The notes below the pieces were generated by a model that was not told the DNA's origin, searched no databases, and saw only the letters and a list, made by a program, of their open reading frames with translations. DNA of 63,187 bases, the filler included, from Phoronis australis (Eukaryota > Animalia > Phoronida), in NCBI GenBank assembly GCA_002633005.1. It is 6 parts of 6 records of this genome, joined end to end, with 100 filler letters (N's around TTAATTAATTAA, not from the genome) between each part and the next. Parts side by side here need not be neighbours in the genome. Positions count along the whole stretch, not along the records: positions 1 to 21,356 come from NMRA01000535.1; 5 more parts are not named here. One strand, 5' to 3'. Positions 1-12,600 of this stretch are shown piece by piece. Both the position numbers and the translations under genes were made by a program. The stretch's first letter is position 1. Every line of letters starts with the position of its first letter.

Positions 1-394
1 CAAGAAATAGGGGTTCCACTCCAAAACATGAACCAAAACAATCTGTCATAGATGGTGCTCAGTATTGAATATTTCATGTAGGAAATACAAAGAAGTCACT
101 TAGCTCCATGAATATTCATAGGTGTATTTAGCTGAAGAAAATGAATGACAAATTCACACGAATTAGCTTAACCACTCTACTCCAAATGCTGGTAGCCCAG
201 GACTCACCTTGAGTAATTTTTTTTTAGATCAGGGAGTTACAAAAATGTCGCTTACAAAGTAGAATGTAAAATCCAACTAGTTACTTTAACATTATAACAG
301 TTTTACTGACAGAATTTGAAAGCGAGCGACAAGGGTGAACATTTCCTCTGAGAACGTCAACATAAATGACGTCTAGAATTAACGCTTTGCAACT

Positions 395-605
395 TCAGTC
401 TTTGCTTTCACCATCTGTCAGAGCAGTATTGTCATTAAACAACAGGGTGCCTCTCTTGACTTCGTCGAGGTCGTTGAGAGAGTCAACAACTGTGTCATGA
501 TCCTGAAGCATTCTGGGAAGGGATGAAATGCTACGCCGCGTTGACCTTCTCACTGGTGTGACCACCCCATGCGGGGTGAGTGCAATATCTGTGCAGCTTC
601 TTATT
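395..605 (-). CDS. CKAP2: CKAP2-like terminal coding exon
   Basis: Acceptor ttttag at 606-611. Translates (K)IRRSCTDIALTPHGVVTPVRRSTRRSISSLPRMLQDHDTVVDSLNDLDEVKRGTLLFNDNTALTDGESKD*. Confidence 0.88.
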
Positions 606-3600
606 CTAAAACAGTACAGTATGAAAAATATAACACGAGCACATAAATACCTTTATAATTATTCACGTTTGACAGACATGCCCTTAAATAAAATGGCTAT
701 CATATAGATTTTCTGTAATTCAGGGTGAGTACGAAAACTAAATTACACAATCATGCTATCCTGATAATAAGCAAATAAATGTACTACATCAAAACCATCA
801 TGACTTAACGTAAGAATTAATTATGTTATTTTCCATTGCCAAATAAACAAATCAGCAGTTAGTATCTTCAGTCATTTAAGGTTGGCTTGAATACATGAAA
901 GCAGATGTATTTGAATTTATCTGCAAAGTGGACTTATCCCTTGGTTAAGGGTCAGACATTCCCTTGAATAAAACTGGCTTCATCAATTCATTACAAGGCA
1001 TTAATAGATAAGCAGATCTTTACAGCACAATTACAGAGTTGATTAAAAGCCATTGTCTGCTTGACACACAGCAGATTTAATTCTACGAAGAGTACTAATT
1101 GGATCTACTTAGGGCTGGCAAGTCACTTTATAGGATATAATCTGTAACTTCGATTTAAAAGTCTGTACTTTGTAAGTGAGAACTTGTAAGATTTACAGTA
1201 TTTTCTTAAAGTTTGAACTTCAATCAAAAGATAGTGTGATACACCCAAAATAACAAATTTCAGTTTCAAATCATGTTCACCTCCAAAAGCAACATTAAAA
1301 ACACGGCTCATCAAATCAATATTTTGTTATCAGCATGGTTAATGTCTTGCTCAGTGCACTGTACGCCAGTAAATTTTGACACACCACAGTAATGCCTGAT
1401 CCATGCCAATATTGTAAGCACCCAGGATCTCAGTTGACCACATGGAATATGGTGAATTCCTTTTCCCATTTTTCTAAATAGATTAAATCCTTGAAATTCC
1501 ACTCTCGACATGTTGAATATTGACTTTAATTATGCTAAGCCATATAAGTGTCATTCATAAATGAACAATCACGAGAGAATAAGCAATATGCTAAATACAT
1601 CAAGCACTGGATACATCTTGATTGGTCGAATCTAGCGCTCTTCACTATTCTCACCATTTATCAAAAATGTCTACCTCTACGTTCCTCCGGACATTAGGGA
1701 ATCCTTGCTAAGGGCTGTTCCAGCAAAATCTGTATGGGAGGGGGGGGAAGGCACTTTTATTTCGTACCCACCGCCCATATTTTTCATTTATTTCTCCAAC
1801 CCATGACCCATAATTTTTTAATTATTTTTAATAGGTTAAAATATAAAATCCAACACTTGCAAACAAATTGCCTCCAGGAGGACCTGTTAAGAACTTAGAT
1901 GATTGACAGACAAGAACTAGTTGTCTTGTCCAATATTGTCAAAAATTAAAGTAGCCTGTGAACAATACTTTTGGCAGCCACCAGGTGTCTCTGTTCACCA
2001 TGTGTCTATAATTTCAATGAACATTTTTTCAATTATAAGGATCTATGAATCTCAAACTGTCTCCACAAACCCTTTTATACTTCTATGTCAAGTGAATATT
2101 GGAACTTGTTTATCTTACTCCTCATACTTTTTATTTAAAAATCATCAATTTTCTTATATGTGTTAACACCAGTTTAGTGTTGCATAACTTTTCAATTCAA
2201 TAGGACTGCAGACAAGCACTTGGCTCAAATCAAGTTGCCCATGACTTGATTAATGGCTTAGTGAACATATTGCACTCTGTTCACTGGCAATATGGGCTTT
2301 TTTGTATTGGGATAAGTTGGGATATATGCCAATCGCATTTTTTGAGTTTTGATTTCTTTGGAGATGTGTTGGCTGAATTAACCAACATGTCAACGTTAAT
2401 AGATCAAAAAATACCACCCATTTTTAATGCATCACTTCTTACAGGAACGACCACCTATAATTTGAGTTTTTTTCTGAAGACCACCACCCATGAATTTTTA
2501 TTTCTACTGCCGTCCCCCCCCTCCCACACGGATTTTACTGGAACAGCCCTAATGTTTTTATTGTTTTATTCTACAACAACAGAGGGCACACCCGTTGGTG
2601 AACCAAATCCGTGACATATGAGTGAAACGGCTGTACATTTACTACATCAAGGTACGATTTTCCGGTTCCAAACGATCTTCACTTAATATTTTCACCATTT
2701 AAATGAAACCCAGTAATATGCATAGTCTCATTCACCAATCTGATGCTTCAAAATGCTGATAATTTTAAATATATTTTATTCATTATTTTCAGCCAAGTTT
2801 TGAAGGAAAATGCTCAATATCCATAACATTTCAAAACCTGTACACAGCACTTTTTAGGCCCTAAAAGTCCTGATTTCTGCCTAAGCCCCATGAAGAAATG
2901 GAGAAAAGACATACTTTTTGAAGAAGGGTGTAGTTTCGCAGTACATATACTTGACAGCAGACGATGCAAACATATTCTCGGCTTCCATTCCAGACTTCCT
3001 GTGCTGACGTGGTTTGGCAGGTGTGTGCGCTGCATCCATTGTTGCCTGGCGTCGTGAGGCCATTTTCTCGACAAAATCTTTCAAGGTATCAGCCAACATT
3101 TCGGCAGGCTAGCGAAAATTAATAATTAATTTTAAATTACCTTCAATTAGAGCGCTCAATAGAAAGAGACGCAACGTCTTTTTAATGTATCAGTTGCCTC
3201 TAGTTGATGGTTTTCACAATGAAGACTGAAACACAATGACTAATTCATACAACCTAAGTGTCAGTCGTTAGTATGAGAATCTAAAATTATCAAGGACATG
3301 CAAGCCCTTATAAGGGACATACAGCAACTTATCAAGGAGATGCAGGACCTTGTTGAAGAGTATGCATAATATAAGCCAAATACCTCCAAAGTAAAGATTT
3401 TAAATCAGTAAAAGTAGATGTTTGCTGAAAGTGGAAAGTTTTTATAATTTGATTTTTGGATTTTTACCAATCTTCCATTAACTGGTTCACATGGTATGTC
3501 TTTTCAGTAAAATTTAGCAAAAAAGGAAAAGTCCATAGATAGCAACCGTATCAATGACACAGTTGAATTTTATTTTGATACACAAGTTCAAGATAAAATC

Positions 3601-6600
3601 TCAAAAAAACTGTTACAGTTTTCTAAAATATTTCACTTTCGCATTATGCAGTTTTTGAGTTTTTCTAATAAAAATCAAGTCCTACTTTTTGATAACTCCT
3701 CTACATGCAAAATCGCAAAATTTTGAACAAAACTTGTTTGGAGAACAGTACATCAAGAAAGGTGACACAAAGTTTCACAAGACTCCAATCAGCCATTTCT
3801 GAGATATGATGTTTATAAGAGGCCAAATTTGGCATTTTTCTGGGTCCCACATAACCTGAAATGGTATACTTAATGCACAAAAACATGAAAATCATAAAAA
3901 TTGGGTTGTGATGTACACATGACAATTTGACATTGCTTGCAGTCGCATTCTGTACAAACAATGTACACATCAAGCTAACTAATTTTGCCTTGTCTCTTGC
4001 AAGAGTCAACTGTCATTCAGTTCATTCCAAGCCAACACATCTCTAATCTGACTACAGTAAAGTGCCCTCAGATTTGAACATATTGCTGTGTACTTCAAAG
4101 TTTTAGAACAGTGCTCAAATAGTCAATGGAGTTTGGCTAGGTGTGGCTTGACAACAGCCGAACATTAAAAACTGTGGAAATATATTACATTATATTCTGA
4201 TAAGATACAAAATATTACTTCACTGTTCCTCCATATAACACTCTAAATGAGCTCACACTTTGTGATCTAAATAAAACTGATGACTTTTTTAATTTTCATC
4301 TCACAACTCCCCAGTTTCACCTTAGCTTTGTTCCTCACAGCCTGCTCGAACAGATCCAATATGGTGTCGTCACCAGCCATGCCCTCCAACAACTTCGCTT
4401 TTATGATGAAGTAGCGAGCTGACTGGCTGGCTGCTGGTATACTGGTCATTATGCTGTCCATCCATGGTAGTATGGCATCAACTGGACAACCCTGGACAAC
4501 AGATATAATAATTAGTGACAGACAGTGGTTAAAGGGATACTAAGCTCTGTCATTCAAACCAATCCTTGTTAAAGGGATACTAAGCTCTGTCATTCAAACC
4601 AATCCTTGTTAAAGGGATACTAAGCTCTGTCATTCAAACCAATCCTTGTTCTGTCAAATGCTAATACACCATTGGCATATCATTTGAGTGATAAAAGAAT
4701 TCAACTAAAAACACATATTCACCGTGTCACAGAAAGGATAGTATGGTTCTTGACGGGTTGACATGTCACTCACCTAAAAATAGTTCATGCTTGCCTATTA
4801 AGCAAACTTTGTACAAGTTTCCAAAATTTGTTGTTGCATGTTGAGGAGGATTACTGACCAACATTTTATTTTCAAAACCTAGACGTGAAAGTCATTGCCC
4901 TTTGCCCTTCTAGATGGGTGAACATAAAGCAGGAGTCATGAACGGGCCCTTCGACATTTAGCGGGACTAATCAGACTACAATCTGTTTGAGCATGCATTT
5001 GGATCTGTGTGTAGCGACTTTATGGACACTTTATGATTTTTACCTGGTGGCTGAACAAAATCTGAAGTCATATTGGCAACCAACAAGTCAACGAATCAAA
5101 CTCCACACTTACTGAGGTCATACTGGCAACACATCAAATCAAACCTCACACTTACTGCCTCAAACAGTGTGTTGCACTCATCCAACATGCTGTCCAGCTG
5201 ATCACAGACATTGCTCGGTTCAGAGAACGAGGGAGGTACTGGTTGCGGCATTCCACCACTAGGTGTAGCTGGCTGTAAGAGGAATTATCTTCATGTAATC
5301 ATTGAAAATATGATCAATGTTCAGTGAGGAAAAGTAAGAATCAGAAGTCATGGCAGAAATCTGGAGCACGTTCTAAGAAAACTGACTTAGCTAAGACAAA
5401 TATTAAATCTCTGACAGTCAATTTTAAGATGAAACACAAATTTGCCTCAAGTCAGTTTCAAGAAAGAGATCTGAAGTTTAACTTAAGTTTTTGACGTAAG
5501 TCTTATCTTAATTTTGACTAACTTAACGGATGTGGAAATTTCAAAGTTTGGAAGTTGAGAAAAATCTTAGACTTAAGTAAAAAATGAACTTAAAGTCAGT
5601 TTCTTGGAGGGGGCCCCCGTTGCACGAGAAGTGACTAAAGTCAGACATTTGGTTTTATACTCCGACTTCACGATTGTCAAGTAAACCTAAAGTGATGTCA
5701 TTATTAGCACATACCGTCAGGAAATACTTTGTACAATTTTTTTCAATAACTAACAATTTTGGATATATTCTCATATCATTAGCTAAATTGAGATGTAATT
5801 ATTTTCCATGAATAGTTATTTGGAATGTAAGACCAAATTCCTGTCTTTCATGAAACAGACCACAGGTGTCACTCAAACACAAGAGTGTAACCTCACACTG
5901 TACACTATTGTAAGCCTGAAGTAAACTACTATACAATTTTTATCACAATGCAATAATTTCAGTTAACAAATCCAACACTGAGCCTTTCTAGTATCCAAAC
6001 GACAGGCCATTTGAAGGTTTGCATAATGTTCCAAGTCTGAGGTCATAACCTGTGACAGCTTTGAGAAAGAACACATCGTAAAATGTGACCTGAAGAAAAA
6101 ATCTGCATCGGATTGTGGCAACATTTTGCTTTTGATAAGGAAGGAATACAGGAGATAGGTGATGCTTACCTTCGCACAAAGTGTTGAAGATGATCGTCTC
6201 CTCTGGATAGGTTTTTCTTTTTTGGATGAATTTCTGCCACAGAAACAATGTAAATGTCTGTAGGATGTTGGGGTCTTGCCTCTTGACTCTAGCCATTTAT
6301 TTAACTTCTCCCTGTAACACAAGCAACAGCGAGACTTTACCCCAAACATTCAGTTAAACGCCCATGATCACATATGTCATTTGGCCCGGGCATACACAAT
6401 GCCTCATTGAAGTTTCTTGACAGGAAGTTTTTCAATAATTAAAAGTTGCAAATTTTGGAAAGCGCAAACAAAAGGAGCGAGTTTGTCTTTAGAGTTATTG
6501 CATCATCAACGACTTTGATGACATTCATATGACAGGTTAGTCCTTGAATTTTCAATTTGACAATTATCTTTTCGACATGTATTTCCCATTTGAAGTTGAA

Positions 6601-9600
6601 TACTTCAACTCAAATACACAAGTCAGTCACCCACTCAAAATGTCTTGAATTTTCCGATTTAAGAACCCATGACTAGTATAAGTGCCCAAACTGACCATCT
6701 ACCCCTGACCTCCATGTGTACCAGTAGTAGTAACTGACGTGCCCCACCACTTAAACATAGAACCCACCTCTGTGACATTTCTTTTCTCGGTGTTGAAAAG
6801 CGAGAGGGGGTTGACATAGGGGTATGCACCTTGGCCTTCTTGGAAGCACACAGAAAAATTTCAGGAGATTTGAAACGAACTGATCGTTTTGAAGCCACTG
6901 ATATGTCCATTGATACCGATGGTCTTGGCATATCTTCTAAATCCTTTGTGCATTCACCAGTACTTTCCAGATTGTGAATGCGTTCCGAATTCATGCTGTA
7001 ATCCAGTAAATCTTGACTTGAAATGTTAGTTGCTAAGAAAGACGCTTCTTTAGATATTGTGTAAGACAATCTACGATTCGGGGTTTCAGCCGCAGTAACT
7101 AACGCTTTATTGGTTTCGCTTTCCAAGCAAGAGACGTCATTGTGAATCACCCTTCGCCGTTTGAGAATCGACGGTTTGACAGAGTCTGATGGGATTGCAG
7201 AACCAGTGCTTTTCTTTTTGAAGGAAGGTTTTGAAGCTCCCAAGTGGCAACGTCTGTGCTGGGAATCTTTCTTTTTAAGTAAATGATATGATTTTGGTTT
7301 ATTCAGTGTGGTGGCTGATTTTTTCAAGCTGGACGAAACTGTAGGCTTGACAACATCTGAAAGAGCATACACTGCTCTAGGTACTTTAACAGATTCAGTG
7401 TTTGGTCGTTGAACACCAGAGCTGCTTAGATCAGATGCTGATCTTTTCTGACTTGGGTGGATCGGAGTGACGGAGCTGGGTTTGAATAACTTCTTTGACT
7501 TTCTAGAAAACAATGTGAAATAGCGAAATGAAAATAATAAATAACTGAAGCTCAACTAGAACAACATTGGCTTCACAAGTTATCAGGCAATCATCTGCAG
7601 AGGTTATGTATTGTAATTCTTCCCTTTTTTGCACACTAAAAACTGCCACAATTGCCATATTCCAAATTTTCAAAGGCTAATTACCTTGCTGGAAATGATG
7701 GCTAATTGTTGTTTATCACACCTGCCCAGTGCAAACCACGATAACCCAGTTTAAAATTTTCTTAATATTTAATTCAAGGAAGAAATCAAACAAAACAGAA
7801 TTTCACTTGTCCCCAATATTGTTTGCTAAATACCTGAAGAATTGCCATACACAAACTGACCTCAGTGTTCATAATATCCGTAACCAAACTGACCTCTGTG
7901 TTCATAATAGCCCTAACCAAAGCTCTGAAATTGTTAACTTCCTCAAACAGTATGAGAATACATTGTAGTGGTAGGAACTGGAAAAAAATCAGAATTGATT
8001 GATTGGAAACTGCTTGTGATTTGAGGCTCCATTGTGAATGGCTTATGAGTGACACTGTCAACAATTAGTACAGGCAAAACAGTACAGGCAAGACAGTACA
8101 GGCAAGACTGTCCATTAGTACAGGCAAGACTGTTCCATTGTGAATGGCTTATGAGTGACACTGTTCAGGCAAAACTGTACTGTTTTTTATGATACACAAT
8201 GACACCATATCAAAACATGGAGGTTCTGTCTCTCTAGCAAACTTCGGAGGATGCTGTTCTAAGTTATCATATGTAACAGATAAAGTCTCCACTGAACATC
8301 AAAAATGTGTATTTCACCTTATCAGGCATACGTTTCAGTTCAGTTACAGATGATAACCATCAATTTCACATAGGCAAAGGAAGGAAACACCCTTCTCCTA
8401 AGAAACACCCTTTTCCTAAGCCTGTCGCTAGAAGTGCCCGACACATACTGTCACGCCCGCATGCCCACGTAACAAAGGCGCACTGAGACGCAACAAAAAC
8501 ATTTAATAGGATAAGAATAAATGAACGACAACTAAATAAGCATAACAATAAATGAACGACAACTAAATAAGCATAACAATAAATTTACCGTTGCTAACGT
8601 CCCGTCACACATATGCATGTCGCCAAGGTGACTTTGACCTGTTTATGTGACCTAAATACTCAGCCAAGATTTACATACACAAAAGGTGACATTCCTTCAG
8701 TCACATGCATTTTTCAAATTTTTATAGACAGATCACAGAACCAGTTTTAGGGTCTCACAATCAATTTTGATTTGATAATTTCTTTTAGCAAAGATGTCCG
8801 CAACTTGTTTTGAACTTGTCACAACACCTATAAACTGATTCAGTATTCAAACATGAACGACGTACTGTAAGGTTTCCTTTTTTTTACGTTCCTGCTCTTC
8901 TCTCCATTCAGCGAGCTTGAGTCTGCAAAGTTAGAGATTTGAAAATCTTTCATAGAGGTGAAAGTGTTCAAAGTATGTTCAGAATGAGATAGCAGTTGAA
9001 TTCAAACATACAAAAGAATAAAGTTTTAATGCAGAACCTTACAAAGGTTCACATAAATAGTTAAATTGTATGCACCTAACAATGGAAAAATATTAACATT
9101 ACACTTAGTCAAACAAGATCAACGCAGAGCGTTGAAATGCACCCACGAATGCATTGCAAATGCTGCACTTTTAGAAATAATTTATTTTTAAAATGAAATG
9201 GCCACTAAATGGCGCAAAACCGTACAATTCATCCAAAAACAGGAACATGCCATATTTCACAAAAATCTGTCAAGGAACTTCAGTGAAACAAAAGAAAACA
9301 GAATAAAATGAAATTGCCACTTGTGGGTACAGTGTCCGTTGGATTCGCCTGAAAGTCGTTGTCGCCTGTTCTTATCTTCATACAAATACACTAACAAAAT
9401 TTGATAAAGATCCTGTAGTGGGATTAGGAGATACAACTATGGGCACAAAACAAAACAAAACTACCACTAGGAGGCGCCACAGTAGTTAGTCGACATCATC
9501 AAACGTCCTCTTTACACTGAGAGCTTATACGCCAATTTTAAAAACCATCCCTAGAATCATTTGGTTGATACAGGGGTAGACGCAAAAAACAAGATTTGAA

Positions 9601-12600
9601 AACAGAAAAAAAATGGCCACTAGGAAGCGCAAAATACCCCGATTCCATCCAAAAACAGGAAAATAGCGTCATCTCACCAATAGATGGCTTTTTTAAAAAT
9701 TTCATGAAAATCTGTTGAGGACCTTTGAAAATACAGAGTTAAACGTAAAAACTAAAATTGCCACTAGGTGGCACACCAGTAGTCAGATCTTTCCGAAAGT
9801 CATCGTCGTCCGTAGTCAACATCATATAAATACAAACAGCTTAGGAGATACAGCCATGTGCACAAAAAAACAAAACTGCCACTAGGAGGCGCCCCAGTAG
9901 ATGAAGTCGTCAGAAAATTATCGTCAGCCGTCCACTTCATAGTAAAAACATAAATGCCAATTTTCACAATTATCTTGAAAACCAAAAACCAGACTCGAAA
10001 ACAGTAAAAATGGCCACTAGGTGATGCAAACAAGATCGAATTCATCTGAAAACAAAGCAATTATGTCACCTCCTTAACAGATGCTAGTATGCTAAATTTT
10101 ATGAAAATACGTTGAGGACCTTTGAAGATACAGAGGTGAACGTAAAAAAAAATAAAATTGCAACTAGGTGGCAGACCAGTAGTCGGATGTGCCTGAAAGT
10201 CGTTGTTGTCCGTTCCTAACATCATATAAATATACTTGCTAAATTTCATAAAGATCCTGCGAACGGTTTAGGAGACAGCCATAGGCGGAAAAAAAAATTG
10301 TTACTGGGAGGCGCCACGGTAGTCGAAGTCATCGGAAAATCATCGGCGGACGTCAACTTCATAGTAAGAACATACATGCCAATTTTCACAATCATCTTTA
10401 GAGCGGTTTGGCTGATAGAGGGGTGGATGCAAAAAAACAGACTTGAAAACAGTAAGAATGACCACTACATGGCGCACACTACGTTGAAACCATCTGAAAA
10501 CAAGAGGATTGCGTCATCTCACAAATAGGTGCCTACAAACCAAATTTCATTAAAATCCCTTAAGGACTTTTGAAGATACAGAGGTAAGCGTAAAAAACTA
10601 AAATTGCCACTAGGGGGCACACCGGTTGTCGGAGCCGTCTGAAAATTGCTTCATGCCGTTCCATCCATGGAAGGAACACATGTGCAAAATTTCACGAACA
10701 CAAGTCAAGGGGTTTTGGAGATAGAGCACTGTACGCCGGACGGACGGAGATGACGGCATAATGTGTCCACATATAAATATGTGGGCACATAAAAATGTTA
10801 GATTGAATTTCTTTATTTTAACACAGTAATCAGAACAAATGCAAGCTAAAGTAGTGTAGAAATACAATGTTATTGCTAAGGTGAAGGTCAGTTAAAATTT
10901 TGCCAAGTAGAAAATATAACAGTGAATACATTAGTAAACACAAATAATGGCCAGTAGGAAGTATAGTGAATACTTTACAGTAAACACAAATATGCATGCC
11001 TAGTAGGAAGTATAGCTGAGAATACTTTACAGTAAATTCAAATACATTCAAAATGTTGCTGGTAAAATGACCTTTAGCTCATGCAAGCTGTAAGTTGTCT
11101 ATAACAGAATCAAAACATATCAAGAATGCAATATTAGTTTTAACACCTTACCTCATTTCTTGACTGGACTGCAGGTTAACAGTATTCTTTAATTTCTTCT
11201 CATGTTTCATACGATGTGTTTCTTCGCTGGTTCCTTTCACATGTTTTATTGCCTTGACAGCGTGTCTACAAGTAAAGCACAGTCCTATACGAGATGTTGT
11301 TTTTAATGCAGAACAGATGTGATCCTTTATTGCAGAACAGGTGTGACAGACAGATAATTTGCAAAGCCTTCTCAAATTCAAGCAACAGGGTGAAGTGCAG
11401 CCAATGGCCCCAATTCTGAACACTGAGAAAATGGGCATTCAGATTGCCTTTTTTTTGCAAGTTGAGGAACATATGGCCAAAAGAATGCAATTCAAGACAA
11501 GCTGTTAAGGCAAAACAACACACTATTAGGCGGTTCTCTAGATGTTTGAAAATNCATCATATAAATACAAACAGCTTAGGAGATACAGCCATGTGCACAA
11601 AAAAACAAAACTGCCACTAGGAGGCGCCCCAGTAAATGAAGTCGTCAGAAAATTATCGTCCACTTCATAGTAAAAACATACATGCCAATTTTCACAATTA
11701 TCTTGAAAACGGTTTCGTTTATAGATGAGTGGACACCACCAAAAACCAGACTCGAAAACAGTAAAAATGGCCACTAGGTGATGCAAACAAGATCGAATTC
11801 ATCTGAAAACGAAGCGATAATGTCACCTCCTTAACAGATGCTAGTATGCTAAATTTTATGAAAATACGTTGAGGACCTTTGACGATACAGAGGTGAACGT
11901 AAAAAAAATAAAATTGCAACTAGGTGGCAGACCAGTAGTCGGATCTGTCTGAAAGTCGTTGTTGTCCGTTCCTATCATATAAATATACTTGCTAAATTTC
12001 ATAAAGATCCTGCGAACGGTTTAGGAGACAGCCATAGGCGGAAAAAAAAAGTTACTGGGAGGCTCCACGGTAGTCGAAGTCATCGGAAAATCATCGGCGG
12101 ACGTCAACTTCATAATAAGAAAATACATGCCAATTTTCACAATCATCTTTAGAGCGGTTTGGCTGATAGAGGGGTGGATGCAAAAAAACAGACTTGAAAA
12201 CAGTAAAAATGACCACTAGGTGGCGCACACTACGTTGAAACCATCTGAAAACAAGAGGATTGCGTCATCTCACAAATAGGTGCCTACAAACCAAATTTCA
12301 GTAAAATCCCTTACTTTTGAAGATACAGAGGTAAGCGTAAAAAACTAAAATTGCCACTAGGGGGCACACCGGTTGTCGGAGCCGTCTGAAAATTGCTTCA
12401 TGCCGTTCCATCCATGGAAGGAACACATGTGCAAAATTTCATGAACACATGTCAAGGGGTTTTGGAGATAGAGCACTGTACGCCGGACGGACGGAGATGA
12501 CGGCATAATGTGTCCACTTATATATGTGGGCACATAAAAATGTTAGATTGAATTTCTTTATTTTAACACAGTAATCAGAACAAATGCAAGCTAAAGTAGT